This document shows, one piece after another, positions 1 through 10,368 of a DNA stretch of 64,000 nucleotides. A program made the translations under genes and the position numbers. The stretch comes from an uncultured Bacteroidales bacterium (GTDB lineage: Bacteria; Bacteroidota; Bacteroidia; Bacteroidales; JAGOPY01), in contig CAWBCI010000073.1 of the NCBI GenBank assembly GCA_963787195.1, positions 18,582 through 82,581 of the forward strand, read 5' to 3'. A model generated the notes under the pieces. It was not told where the DNA came from and did no database searches. It saw only the letters and a list, made by a program, of their open reading frames with translations. How positions within the stretch are numbered: the first letter of the stretch is position 1; each line of letters starts with the position of its first letter.

Positions 1-1
1 C

Positions 2-919
2 AGTGCTGCCGATTGGATAGAATTGTATAATAAAGGAAACAGCGCTGTCAATATAGCCGGTATGTTCATCACCGACACTCCCAATGATGAAACTGGTTTT
101 CAACAAATTCCTGCTGATAACCAGGCCGTCACCACAATCCCTGCAAAAGGTTTCCTTGTGCTGATTTGCGGAGCAAAAGATGCCTCTGGAAATGATATGG
201 AAACACAAATATCCGATGGAAGAGTGTTTATCAATTTTGGAATTAGTTCCACAAAGGATACTATCCTGGCATTATATGATCCTGACAAACAGATTATTGA
301 TCAGACCCCGGCCTATGGTGAAGCAGGCTGTGTGATAGGTCTCCCGGAGGACCAGAGTACGGGTCGAACCACTGACGGCGGACCTGATTGGGCTTACCTT
401 TCCGAAAAAACACCCGGAGCTGCTAACAGTAGTGGCGGTGAATCAACTGAAGGTGAACTGGTTGTGAACGAGTTTATGGCCAGCAACGATACATTCTGGC
501 CCGGACCTAATGATGATTACGCCGACTGGATTGAAATATACAATACGGGTGATACACCTATTGATATTGGGGGCTGGTATTTTACGGATGACCTGGCTGA
601 TCCCATGAAAAGTCAGGTTCCTGCCGATAATCCGACAGCTACTACTATTCCGGCCCACGGATTTATGGTTTTCTATGCCGACGGAGTAGGTGGAACACCC
701 AATACTTTAGCATTCAAACTCTCAGCAGCAGGTGAATCCATTGGTTTATCAGAAGATGGTATCATCTTTAAACAGAGCATTGAGTTCGGAACCGGTGGCA
801 TCGTTGAAGCGCCTCCGACCGATTCATCAGCAGGACTTGACACCGATGGCGGAACCGCCTGGATGATCTTTACACCCGGTACCAGCCGGCCCCCAACTCC
901 AGGCGCCTCCAATCAATAG
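2..919 (+). CDS. Lamin-tail-domain (LTD) repeat secreted protein, 5' end outside window
   Basis: The frame is open from base 2 (SAADWIELYNKGN precedes the listed TTG start). There are two LTD-like signatures: DWIELYN and VVNEFMA..ADWIEIYNTGDTPIDIGGWYFTDD. Confidence 0.6.
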   Translation, partial: SAADWIELYNKGNSAVNIAGMFITDTPNDETGFQQIPADNQAVTTIPAKGFLVLICGAKDASGNDMETQISDGRVFINFGISSTKDTILALYDPDKQIIDQTPAYGEAGCVIGLPEDQSTGRTTDGGPDWAYLSEKTPGAANSSGGESTEGELVVNEFMASNDTFWPGPNDDYADWIEIYNTGDTPIDIGGWYFTDDLADPMKSQVPADNPTATTIPAHGFMVFYADGVGGTPNTLAFKLSAAGESIGLSEDGIIFKQSIEFGTGGIVEAPPTDSSAGLDTDGGTAWMIFTPGTSRPPTPGASNQ

Positions 920-939
920 TATCAAAATCTCACGTACAA

Positions 940-1704
940 ATGAAAATATACAGGAGTATCGCTTTTTGTCTGCTTGTTCTCTCCCTGGTTTCCTGCGGGA
1001 AATCAGAGGGAGAACAAACTCCTGCCCTAACTGAGGGTAAAATGGATCTGGTATTCGAAAAGAAGCTTGATGTACCGGAACCTTCTGATCTGGCTTTTAT
1101 GCCGGGAAATCAATCCATGTTAACGGTCAGTGATAGAACTGCCAAAGTTTATGAAATTGCTCTTGACGGAGAGATCATCAGGACCCTTAATTATGCCGGG
1201 TCCGACCTTGAAGGGGTCTGTTTTAATGATGATGAACAGATCGTGGCGGTTGTAGAAGAAAGAAGCCGTGAAGTGGTGCTTCTGACTTACCCTGAAGGGA
1301 ATGAAATTTCGAGATATAAGGTTGATGTCGAAATTCAGGCTGAAAATAAAGGACTTGAAGGAATCTCATATAGCAGCAATAACAAAATGTATTATATCGT
1401 GAATGAGGATCTTCCTGCAGAATTAATGCTCTGGAGCCCTGAGAAAGGAGTGATCAGCCGACATGAACTCGGTTTTGCCGGAGATTATTCCGCTATTTCA
1501 GTGGATGATGCACAGTCCTGTTTATGGATCCTCAGCGATGAATCAGCATTTTTCTGCAAATGTGATTATAAAGCTATTCCTTTACTTACTTATAAGTTAC
1601 CTAATACTAAATTTGAAGGAATTGCCGTAGATAATGTTCATGAACTTGTTTACCTGGTAAATGACGGCTCCGCTAAACTTAGTTGTTATCATATAACTTA
1701 TTAA
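940..1704 (+). CDS. SdiA-regulated/YjiK-like beta-propeller lipoprotein
   Basis: It has a lipoprotein signal (LSLVSCG). Repeated LEGV/LEGI/FEGI blades are typical of the SdiA-regulated domain family. Confidence 0.5.
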   Translation: MKIYRSIAFCLLVLSLVSCGKSEGEQTPALTEGKMDLVFEKKLDVPEPSDLAFMPGNQSMLTVSDRTAKVYEIALDGEIIRTLNYAGSDLEGVCFNDDEQIVAVVEERSREVVLLTYPEGNEISRYKVDVEIQAENKGLEGISYSSNNKMYYIVNEDLPAELMLWSPEKGVISRHELGFAGDYSAISVDDAQSCLWILSDESAFFCKCDYKAIPLLTYKLPNTKFEGIAVDNVHELVYLVNDGSAKLSCYHITY

Positions 1705-1706
1705 TT

Positions 1707-2327
1707 ATGAATGCTCCCCAAATTATTCCCAGGTTCGAATTCAGGGCTTTTGGCCTGAATGCTGAAAAGTATGAAAATCGAATGAAAGAACTTTCTCCCT
1801 TGGAGAAAACCAGACATATCAGCTCAATTTATCTGCTCACTGCAGGTAAAGAAAAAAATAATATCAAAATCCGCGATGGTATAATGGACATCAAGGTACT
1901 GGAGCAAATGGAATTTGGTCTTGAACAATGGAATCCTTTTCTGGTCGGAGAATTCCCCCTGTCGAAAGAAATATTGCGGACCGTTGTATTCCCGGCTTTC
2001 GGGGTCGAAAGTCCCTATTTCGACAGGGAGGAATATTCTCTGTCACAGTTCCTGGAAGAAATCGTTAAGGTAGATCCCGACCTGAAGGTGGCATTTGTAA
2101 ACAAAACACGTTATGCCCACACCATTAACGCTTGTATTTCCGAGATCGCCCATATCACTGTCAACGGGGCTTTCATAAGGACCATTTGCGTGGAAGACGA
2201 GGATCCTGAAAAGGTACTGGAAGCTAAAAAGATGCTTGGAATTCCGGCTGAATGTGAAAATGTCAACTATCCCCTGGCACTAAAACGGATCATGGGTCTG
2301 GCCCCGCTTCCTGAAAATTGGAAATAA
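1707..2327 (+). CDS. Hypothetical protein, degenerate CYTH-like paralogue 1
   Basis: The likely start is the ATG at 1707, because the ORF-track start at 1683 overlaps the upstream gene. It aligns end to end with 2375..3016. FEFRAF sits at the position of the CYTH ExExK motif. Confidence 0.55.
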   Translation: MNAPQIIPRFEFRAFGLNAEKYENRMKELSPLEKTRHISSIYLLTAGKEKNNIKIRDGIMDIKVLEQMEFGLEQWNPFLVGEFPLSKEILRTVVFPAFGVESPYFDREEYSLSQFLEEIVKVDPDLKVAFVNKTRYAHTINACISEIAHITVNGAFIRTICVEDEDPEKVLEAKKMLGIPAECENVNYPLALKRIMGLAPLPENWK

Positions 2328-2374
2328 TGCCATGCTGCTTACTGTTTAAATAATCTACTCATTCAAAACATAAT

Positions 2375-3016
2375 ATGTCAAAAGAAAATTTAGAAATAGG
2401 ACAAGTTTCCAAACCAAGGTTCGAGTATCGTACCTTCGGACGTGCCTTTGATGAAGCTGTTTTCAGAATGACGAGGCTTTCAGTTCCTGTTCCTGAAAAA
2501 GTCTGGGAACGTAATTCACAGGAAATCTATATCATCTCTAGAACTAACGACCTGAATAATACCAAAATAAGGGACGGTAAAATGGATATTAAAACCTTTG
2601 TTCAGGAAGTTGATGGTCTTGAACAATGGAACCCTTTGATGAAAGGTGAATTTCCCATGAAGGCCGATATAGTTAAAAATGAAGTGTTTCCGGCTTTTAT
2701 GGTCAGTATGCCCGTCTTCGACAAGGAGCTTTACAGTCTTCAGGAATTCCTGGAACTTGTTCGTAAACACCCCGATCTCCTGGCCGTCAGGGTTGAAAAA
2801 CAACGTTTTGGTTATATGATCAATAATACTATTTGTGAATATGCCCGGGTCTTCATTAATGGGGCAAAAGTAATAAGTATTAATTCTGAATCGACTGAAA
2901 TTGATGATATTAAGAAGACCGTTACAGATCTCCGCCTGGAAGGTGTCGAAAATATAAATTATCTTCAGGCTATAAAAAGGATAGTCGGAATGACCGATCT
3001 TCCCCTGGCAAATTAA
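2375..3016 (+). CDS. Hypothetical protein, degenerate CYTH-like paralogue 2
   Basis: It is a paralogue of 1707..2327, sharing PRFEYRTFG, KIRDGKMDIK, GLEQWNP, VFPAF and NY..AIKRIVG. Confidence 0.55.
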   Translation: MSKENLEIGQVSKPRFEYRTFGRAFDEAVFRMTRLSVPVPEKVWERNSQEIYIISRTNDLNNTKIRDGKMDIKTFVQEVDGLEQWNPLMKGEFPMKADIVKNEVFPAFMVSMPVFDKELYSLQEFLELVRKHPDLLAVRVEKQRFGYMINNTICEYARVFINGAKVISINSESTEIDDIKKTVTDLRLEGVENINYLQAIKRIVGMTDLPLAN

Positions 3017-3051
3017 AAAGTAATTATAAAAGTTTTTACATATAAAACATT

Positions 3052-3522
3052 ATGGCAAAGGAAATTGAAAAAAAATTTCTGGTAAAAGGTGAATTTAAAA
3101 CTTTTGCTAAAGGCAGCACCCGTATCACCCAGGGTTATCTTTGTTCGGTTCCCGAAAGAACTGTGAGGGTCAGGATTAAAGACGACAAAGGTTATATTAC
3201 GATAAAGGGAATTGGAAATGCTTCCGGCGCATCTCGTTATGAATGGGAAAAAGAAATTTTAGTAAGTGAAGTAATGGAATTATTGAATCTGTGCGAACCC
3301 GGTGTGATCGACAAGACCCGTTTTAAGGTAGCTGCCTCTGACGGGCTTATGTTTGAAGTTGATGAATTCTATGGAGATAATGAAGGACTCACGGTAGCTG
3401 AAATAGAGCTGAAATCAGAAAATCAGGCCTTTGAAAAACCTGCATGGCTTGGTGAAGAGATAACCGGCGATGTTCGTTATTATAATTCTATGCTCATGAA
3501 AAATCCATTTAAAAACTGGTAA
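3052..3522 (+). CDS. CYTH domain protein (triphosphate tunnel metalloenzyme family)
   Basis: The N-terminal EIEKKFLV is an ExExK signature, RVRIKD and AEIELK motifs are present, and the size is about 156 aa. Confidence 0.8.
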   Translation: MAKEIEKKFLVKGEFKTFAKGSTRITQGYLCSVPERTVRVRIKDDKGYITIKGIGNASGASRYEWEKEILVSEVMELLNLCEPGVIDKTRFKVAASDGLMFEVDEFYGDNEGLTVAEIELKSENQAFEKPAWLGEEITGDVRYYNSMLMKNPFKNW

Positions 3523-3553
3523 TATCACCGGGCCTGATTGAATATTTATAAAG

Positions 3554-5170
3554 ATGCAAGCTGACCTGAACCCTTCCCTGAAGATTTCCGATCCTTTGGA
3601 TATGTCGAACTACCGTGTAGAGAAACTCCCCAAAAGGAAACGATCGAAACTTGAGAAGATCCTGGCAATAGCCGGGGGAATCCTGGCTGTGCTGGCTTTT
3701 GTAATGATTTATTGGCTCACCCCGCCGGCTTTTCTTTTAAATCTTGACGGAAGCGGTTTATCTGACACTGCTGCTAAAATATTCCGGGAAAAGGGAGGCC
3801 TTGAGTTCTCCCGAATGAACCTGGCCATGCTGGCAATTTTCACAGCGGGTATTATACTTTGGATGACCGAAGCTTTGCCCAATTATCTTACTTCCCTCAT
3901 CTTAATTATCTCATTGGTCTTGACCGGTGTTCTAAGCGAAAAAGCTGCTTATGCACAATTGGGCCATCCGGTCATGTGGTTGAATATCATGTCATTCGTA
4001 CTGGCCAGTATGCTGGTTAAAACCGGATTGGCCAAGCGTTTTGCCCTCTGGTTTATCGTGACCTTCGGGAAAAGTTCATCAGCTATTTTTCTGAGTTTCC
4101 TGGTGATCAATGTTATCCTGTCTGCCTTCATTTCAGCAACCACCGCTAAGGCAGCTATACTCTTACCGATCTTCATGACCATAGCAGCGATTTATGGCGC
4201 CAGCGGCGGAGATAAACGTAATAATTTTGGCCGGAACATAGTGCTGCAAAACCTCTTATACATCAATATCGGGGCCAGCGGTTTCCTCACCGGTTCAGGA
4301 GCTAATATGCTGGCAGCATCATTGATTGCAGGTGCAACAGGGACAAGTGTTTTCTTCAGCGACTGGATGATGGCCAACTTCCCCGTTGCAATCGGACTGA
4401 TGCTCATCGGTTACTTGCTGGCCACCAAAATCTTTTTCCCGCTCAGCAAGGAAGAAAGAATGCCTCAGATTGAAGGCGGGATGGAAAGATTAAAGAAAGA
4501 ATACCATCAGTTGGGAAAGACCAGCTTTCAGGAAATCAAATCCGCTGTACTTTTCCTTCTGATTCTCTTCTTCTGGTCAACCGACCGTTATCACGGAATC
4601 AGTCCGACAGCTATCGCATTTATCGGGGCGATCGTGGCCCTTTTGCCGGGCATAGGCATACTGAACTGGAATGAAGTTGACATACCCTGGCACCTGATGC
4701 TATTCTCTGCCGGGGCTTATACCCTGGGTGCAGGACTCGACGTGACCGACCTGCCTTCCATATCGGTTAATGCCATCTTTGACAGCCTCGGCTTTGGGCA
4801 GGACACACCTTTCTGGGTGCTTTATTTCTCGCTCACTTTTGCCATGGCTTTCAGTGCCTTGTTCTTCCAGTCGAAGACCATGCGTGCCATGATCTTTGTC
4901 CCCATAGCCATCGGCGTGGCGAACCGTTTTGGATATCCTGTAATAAGCCTGGCGCTTCCGGTCGCTTTCCTGATCGAACATGTTTATATGCTTCCCTTTA
5001 ACTCCAAACCGGCGGCCCTGCTTTATGAAACCGACCAGTACAGCCTTTCTGATACCATGCGCTTTGGTGTTTCCATGCTCTGTGTGAGCTGGATCTTCAG
5101 CATTGTGATGGGTGAGACCTGGTATCGCTTTATGGGAATTACACCACATGGTGTATTCGACTTGTTCTAA
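3554..5170 (+). CDS. SLC13/DASS family anion permease
   Basis: This is a polytopic membrane protein of 538 aa. It resembles the DASS/citrate-transporter-like family (WMTEALPNYLTSL, TAKAAILLPI, PFNSKPAAL). Confidence 0.7.
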   Translation: MQADLNPSLKISDPLDMSNYRVEKLPKRKRSKLEKILAIAGGILAVLAFVMIYWLTPPAFLLNLDGSGLSDTAAKIFREKGGLEFSRMNLAMLAIFTAGIILWMTEALPNYLTSLILIISLVLTGVLSEKAAYAQLGHPVMWLNIMSFVLASMLVKTGLAKRFALWFIVTFGKSSSAIFLSFLVINVILSAFISATTAKAAILLPIFMTIAAIYGASGGDKRNNFGRNIVLQNLLYINIGASGFLTGSGANMLAASLIAGATGTSVFFSDWMMANFPVAIGLMLIGYLLATKIFFPLSKEERMPQIEGGMERLKKEYHQLGKTSFQEIKSAVLFLLILFFWSTDRYHGISPTAIAFIGAIVALLPGIGILNWNEVDIPWHLMLFSAGAYTLGAGLDVTDLPSISVNAIFDSLGFGQDTPFWVLYFSLTFAMAFSALFFQSKTMRAMIFVPIAIGVANRFGYPVISLALPVAFLIEHVYMLPFNSKPAALLYETDQYSLSDTMRFGVSMLCVSWIFSIVMGETWYRFMGITPHGVFDLF

Positions 5171-5183
5171 AATTCTATGAAAA

Positions 5184-6662
5184 ATGATTCAGGATACGGT
5201 TAAAATACATGACAGATACGCTTTTGAATTAAAGCTGGAATACCTGGCTGGTAAAACCGAGCGCCTGAAGGAGTATGATGTTAATCTCTGGTTCTTTTTT
5301 CCGGAAAGTCTGACAATTAATGAAAACACCTATCCCTCAAGGCTTTTTTACAACGATCTTAAAACCCATATCCGTTTTTCATCCCCCGATTTTCCATTAT
5401 CTGAATTCACCGCCAACGAACGAAGCCCTTTGATTAAATGTCATGATGCTTTAAATCATCTGCTTGAATCTCCTGATAAAAAAGCTAACAGATTATTTGA
5501 ACAGCGCATAAAGATCTTTGGCACAGCCTTTCGATCTTCTATAGGTGAATCTATTTCGGAAATACTGTATGAATCGGGCAAAGAAAAGAGAGAAAAACTT
5601 CTGCAGGACATGATCAGGTATGTGAACGATATCAGAGATGATTTCAGATCCATGAAAGATAAGTTGCAGAATGAAAATGTAAAGAAGAAAAGTATCGAAT
5701 CATTTGCTCTGGTTGACGAATATTTCAGCAATTTATTGGAAAGAAATTTACTCAGACTATCTGAAAATCTTAATAAGACCGGCTGGCTTTTGCCAGAGCA
5801 AAAAACTATACTGTTTAATCTGGCATCTGCTGAACTTGTCTATCGTCAGACTCATAATTTTCCGGCAATCCCTAAAAATGGCTCCGATCATGAATTTCTG
5901 CTTTACCGGCTAAGTGTCCTGAAGAAGTATGTGGAAGGAACTCTTTTTTTGAAAACCAACACTCAGCGGGAAGGCCGTATTATTGAACAATTGCTTTTCA
6001 GCCTGGCAGCCGGCCTGGCGATGCTCTTTGCAACATCCGTAGCTTTTTACTCACAATATAAATATGGTAACCTGACCATACCTTTCTTTGTGGTGCTGAT
6101 TATTAGTTACATGCTTAAGGACCGCATAAAGGAAGTGATACGGATCTATTTCAGTGGTTGGATGAACCGCTGGTTTTACGATTTCAAGACCAATATTTAT
6201 GACTCCGGGAGCCAGGTGATCGGCTTTATCAAAGAAAGTTTCGCCTATTCCAGGCCTTCGGATATTCCTTCCGGGATTAGAAAAATGCGCCGTACTTCAA
6301 GATTCAATAAAACGGATCTTTCTCTTCAGGATGAAAGCATATTCAATTATAAAATGAAAATCCGCATTGATTCACGCAAGATGCAGCCCTATCGTCAAAA
6401 AGCGGATTTCCCGGGGATTACCGATGTCAAACGTTTTAATTTTAACCGCTTTACCCAGAAAATGGATGATCCCGACAAGGATGTTTACATTGTAAGCAAG
6501 GATGGTTTTGACCGGCAACAGGGCGACCGGGTTTATCACATCAATATGGTATTGCAATACATTTATGAGGACAAGTCCTTAATCAAGCGTTTTCGCATCA
6601 TCATGAACCGCGATGGTATCAAGAGGATAGAAAAAGTATTGCCGAAATTTAAAAATCACTGA
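5184..6662 (+). CDS. Hypothetical membrane protein
   Basis: The ORF is 492 aa with a central pair of TM helices. It starts 14 nt after the SLC13 gene on the same strand. I do not recognise a family. Confidence 0.5.
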   Translation: MIQDTVKIHDRYAFELKLEYLAGKTERLKEYDVNLWFFFPESLTINENTYPSRLFYNDLKTHIRFSSPDFPLSEFTANERSPLIKCHDALNHLLESPDKKANRLFEQRIKIFGTAFRSSIGESISEILYESGKEKREKLLQDMIRYVNDIRDDFRSMKDKLQNENVKKKSIESFALVDEYFSNLLERNLLRLSENLNKTGWLLPEQKTILFNLASAELVYRQTHNFPAIPKNGSDHEFLLYRLSVLKKYVEGTLFLKTNTQREGRIIEQLLFSLAAGLAMLFATSVAFYSQYKYGNLTIPFFVVLIISYMLKDRIKEVIRIYFSGWMNRWFYDFKTNIYDSGSQVIGFIKESFAYSRPSDIPSGIRKMRRTSRFNKTDLSLQDESIFNYKMKIRIDSRKMQPYRQKADFPGITDVKRFNFNRFTQKMDDPDKDVYIVSKDGFDRQQGDRVYHINMVLQYIYEDKSLIKRFRIIMNRDGIKRIEKVLPKFKNH

Positions 6663-6723
6663 GATATAAGCTCGCCAGTTTTTAATTTCAGATGATAAAA
6701 AAACGTAACAACTGAAATAATGT

Positions 6724-8883
6724 TTACGGTTTTTTGACCGTGAATTTTACTCCCGGTACAATATCGATCGATGCCCCATTCTCAATATTCAACTGCCTGC
6801 AATCCAGGCTATCAACCGCAATTACCGGTAAGGGCGTAATGTTCGAAACTGTCACGTCCTCAGGATCGAAGGGCACGCCCTGCGGGAACCAGTTCAGGGG
6901 ATTTTCCCAACTACTGTCGACTGCTGCTTTCCAGGTCTTGGTGCCCCATACAGGGTTTGGAAAGGCTATGGTTCCGTTAAGGGAATGCTGCCATACGGCC
7001 AGGGCATCCACATCGTCCCTGAGATGCTGCGCCGAAAACATGCCATTAGTCCCGTCAAGGAATGAATAATAGATCGTTGAGGGGTCCATTCCTCCCGATT
7101 CATCTTCGAGAGTGAGCGTATCGTCGTCATCTACCGAGAAAAGCAGCGCCAGTCCGTATCGGGTCTGTGAAGTATCCCATACCCAGGCGAATTCAAAAGC
7201 ATCAATATCAGTTCCGGAAGGAAGTCCGTCATTAGTAGAATCGATCACCGGGACAGGCCCCAGAGCTGTTACTTCATAGATAGTTGCCGGGTCGAGATAG
7301 GGGCCTGGTATGGAAGGATGGTGGTAGGCTGCCTCATGATCCACACTGATGTACCAGACCGAGCAGGGGGTATAATTCCCGGAGAAAGGGATCATGTCCA
7401 GGGCATCCACATCGTCGTCCTGATCGTTAACTGTCATTGGATCAGGTGCCATGTTTCGGTGTAAACTGTATTCCGAGAAGGTGGAATCAAGTAAATAACT
7501 TCCTGCCGGCGGATAAGCGGCGAAATCATATTCTTCAACTTCGGTTTTATAGGATGAATCGGCATAGATATCACCCATTACAGGGGAGCTGCTATTAACC
7601 GGCACTGAAGTCGGCGAAGCGCATGTATATCCTTCCCCCCCATCGTCGTCAAAAGAAACAAAAAGGTATTCTGCTTTATAGATACAACTGTCGTTGAACC
7701 AGGCTATACTGGGGTTCCCAGGGCCATAGATGTAATTCTGAAGGTCGACGGCGAGCAGGTCGCTGCCGTCCAGGTCGAAATAAAGCGGTCGCAACGGATC
7801 AACCGGTCCCCCTATGCCCACCGGGGCAGGATTGAAAGGCGGTGAATTGATTGGATCTGGGTCCCCGCCAAAGATGAGGGAATCATCCAGGTAGGGTGTA
7901 ACTGAAGGCAATAAAGTCAGGGTGTCGATCAAATAGAGGTCGCCCGGGTCGAAATATTCGTTCCCGTCCATCTTGGGATCGCTGAACTCCGCATCGCTAC
8001 CTATATCAAGAGAAAAGAGCGTGAGAAGGGAAGTGTCCTGTGTGTTGTTCTGAGGGGCCGGGTAAAGGGGTTGAACGGTAAAAATGACCGTTCCGTAAAA
8101 GGTGGCGTTATCCTGGTCGGTCGGGAAACCAAATCCACCCGGCCTGGGCTGCAGATCTAAATTGATAAACAAAGCGGAAGTTACTGAAAAAGTGAAATTG
8201 GTGCCGGCAGTCGTCTTGAAATTTCCGCTTTTATTTTTCCATTCGTTCCAGCCGGGAATACCCGGCTGGATGGGCGGATTTCCTGAATGAAAATCAAATT
8301 TACCCTGAAGAAAGTCAGTATTGTTGATTGCCATGGTATTAAAGACATCTACCCCATCTTCCATTCCGGGGCCTTCATGATGTGTATTACCAGATCCGAA
8401 AACATCGTAATAATAATAGATGATGACAGGGGTGCCAGGAGGAACGGCGCTTACATTCATGGTCACCGTAAAATTCAGGGAACTGGTATTATCGGCGTGG
8501 TAACCATCGGTAGTAGTATAATTGGTGATCATATTTTTCCAATTGATACTCAAAAGGCCGCTGTTGTCTCCATTGATAAATGCTTCACTCAAAGTTGTGG
8601 AAATGGTATAATGTTCAGATGGTGTAGTACCGTATTCCAAAGCATGTACTGCTGAAACAGTGCCGTAATCGTTACCCTGGAAACCGGCAGTGAAGTTCGG
8701 AACTGCTCCTATCTCATTATCAAAAATTGCAACACCCGGGGGTCCAGGAACTGGTATCAGGTAGTCGTTAGCGGTCATATTGGAATTCCCATTGGCATTG
8801 GACGCAATGGCATCCACACTGATGACCTGCGAATGAGCATACATCACCATAAATAATAGGAGAAATATCAGAATTGATTTCAT
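6724..8883 (-). CDS. Large secreted hypothetical protein
   Basis: It has a signal peptide (MKSILIFLLLFMVMYAHSQ) and is 719 aa and Asp/Gly/Pro rich. D(V/I)DA(L/F) motifs repeat (DDVDALD, DDVDALA, DIDAFE). Confidence 0.6.
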   Translation of the reverse strand: MKSILIFLLLFMVMYAHSQVISVDAIASNANGNSNMTANDYLIPVPGPPGVAIFDNEIGAVPNFTAGFQGNDYGTVSAVHALEYGTTPSEHYTISTTLSEAFINGDNSGLLSINWKNMITNYTTTDGYHADNTSSLNFTVTMNVSAVPPGTPVIIYYYYDVFGSGNTHHEGPGMEDGVDVFNTMAINNTDFLQGKFDFHSGNPPIQPGIPGWNEWKNKSGNFKTTAGTNFTFSVTSALFINLDLQPRPGGFGFPTDQDNATFYGTVIFTVQPLYPAPQNNTQDTSLLTLFSLDIGSDAEFSDPKMDGNEYFDPGDLYLIDTLTLLPSVTPYLDDSLIFGGDPDPINSPPFNPAPVGIGGPVDPLRPLYFDLDGSDLLAVDLQNYIYGPGNPSIAWFNDSCIYKAEYLFVSFDDDGGEGYTCASPTSVPVNSSSPVMGDIYADSSYKTEVEEYDFAAYPPAGSYLLDSTFSEYSLHRNMAPDPMTVNDQDDDVDALDMIPFSGNYTPCSVWYISVDHEAAYHHPSIPGPYLDPATIYEVTALGPVPVIDSTNDGLPSGTDIDAFEFAWVWDTSQTRYGLALLFSVDDDDTLTLEDESGGMDPSTIYYSFLDGTNGMFSAQHLRDDVDALAVWQHSLNGTIAFPNPVWGTKTWKAAVDSSWENPLNWFPQGVPFDPEDVTVSNITPLPVIAVDSLDCRQLNIENGASIDIVPGVKFTVKKP

Positions 8884-9150
8884 GTCTGAATGGTTTTAGG
8901 TTTTGAAATCGGTACGACTTTTACCTTGAATGTTATTTGCGAGGAAGTAAAAGCTAATAATTAACTGAAGATAAGAAAGGCAAAACCAGTAAATTATGAG
9001 ATAAAGTTAATGACAAGTAAAAGTGCTTGTCAACTTTATTTTGTTAATAAAGTGTTAAATTTCAATGATATATGATGGAAATAGTGTTGGGATTGAAGAA
9101 AAAAAACAAATTCCAAGTTCAGGACTGAGTAGAAGTCTTTAGTCGTCAAA

Positions 9151-9447
9151 ATTTAAAATATACAATCTTCTATATAATATTTAATATTTCCCCTCCGTGG
9201 AACTCCTTTTTATCTCTGTGGAACTCAGTGTAATATAAAAAATAAGGTGGAATAGTGGAAAAATCCTATGTGTATTCTATTATGTTCTATGTGACTATCC
9301 CGATAAACCGGAACAAGTTGTGTTAAAATGGCCTTCAATATCCGATATTCGATACGCGATTGCCCGATGTATAAGATGTATACGATATTAGATTTCAACC
9401 ACTAACCATTAACTTTTCCCAATACCTAATACCTAATACCCAGTACC
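9151..9447. repeat. Composite word-like intergenic repeat (modules X-inverted, Y, and GGTATT/TTAATGG words)
   Basis: Bases 9151-9266 are the reverse complement of 24900-25010 (TTAATATTTCCCCTCCGTGG versus CACGGAGGGGGAAATATTAA). Bases 9267-9330 match 25027-25090 in direct orientation. Confidence 0.75.
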
Positions 9448-9632
9448 TATCCGCTTTTAGCCTTCGAAAGCATGGTCACTATCCATCCTATCAACGGAGA
9501 GAACATCATACTTATAAAAAACGACCATTCTTCCCCTATCTTTCTCTTTTTCCCCATTCTTTCGGAAACCACAAGTGCCAAAATGTACCATATCATGAAT
9601 AATACCGATAACAGGACTATAGTCATATGCAA
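9447..9632 (-). CDS. Small two-TM membrane protein
   Basis: This 61-aa hydrophobic ORF lies immediately downstream of the PepSY-TM gene on the same strand. Confidence 0.4.
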   Translation of the reverse strand: MHMTIVLLSVLFMIWYILALVVSERMGKKRKIGEEWSFFISMMFSPLIGWIVTMLSKAKSG

Positions 9633-9647
9633 TTGTTTTTTAATCGA

Positions 9648-10208
9648 TTAATAAAAAATAAGTAAGAGGAAGACTATAGGGATAATGATCCCCAAAGCCG
9701 TCATCCAGGCACCTCGTCCACTGATACCCTTGGCACCGCGAACCATGAAAAGGCCTGTTGCAGCCAGTAATATCAATGCCCCGGCGAAAACATCCGAGAA
9801 AAAAGTCCAGCTAACATTCGGATTATAATGAAGGAAATTCATTTCCCTGAAAAAAGGCCTTCTCTCAACTCTTTCCAATAAACCTTTTCCTGTTTCGGTA
9901 TTCAGTAATGCACTGCCTCCCTTAAGAAATATCTTGAGCTGCCCTGGCTTGGGGAAGTAATGGTTCTTGTAATTCTTATTCTCATCAAATGGCTTCATCA
10001 ATTCCCGCATTTCATTTTTGGTAATGGAAGGGGTGATGAGTGCCGGATCTATGCTGATTTCCTTACGGGTGATAATATAATTCGAATTCCAGTCATCCAG
10101 GTGGTTGAGGGCTATGCCGGAGACCGAATAAACGATCGTCATCCCGAAAAATAAATAACCGAAATCACGGTGTACCACCCGGAACCATTTTCGCCAGTTC
10201 AATTTCAT
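9648..10208 (-). CDS. PepSY-associated TM helix domain protein
   Basis: The N-terminal WRKWFRVVHRDFGYLFFGMTIVYSVSGIALNH and the C-terminal TM pair are typical of PepSY-TM proteins. Confidence 0.6.
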   Translation of the reverse strand: MKLNWRKWFRVVHRDFGYLFFGMTIVYSVSGIALNHLDDWNSNYIITRKEISIDPALITPSITKNEMRELMKPFDENKNYKNHYFPKPGQLKIFLKGGSALLNTETGKGLLERVERRPFFREMNFLHYNPNVSWTFFSDVFAGALILLAATGLFMVRGAKGISGRGAWMTALGIIIPIVFLLLIFY

Positions 10209-10368
10209 AGTAAATTATTTCTGATAATATTATAACGAATAGAATATTCTTAAGAGAAAATAAATTCCCCCATATTGGAAAATAACAGAAAGCGCAGCTT
10301 TTTGATGTCGGAAATGAAATCCTCTGACCAAAAGCCTGCGCTTTCAATAATGCATTTATCGTAAACGA

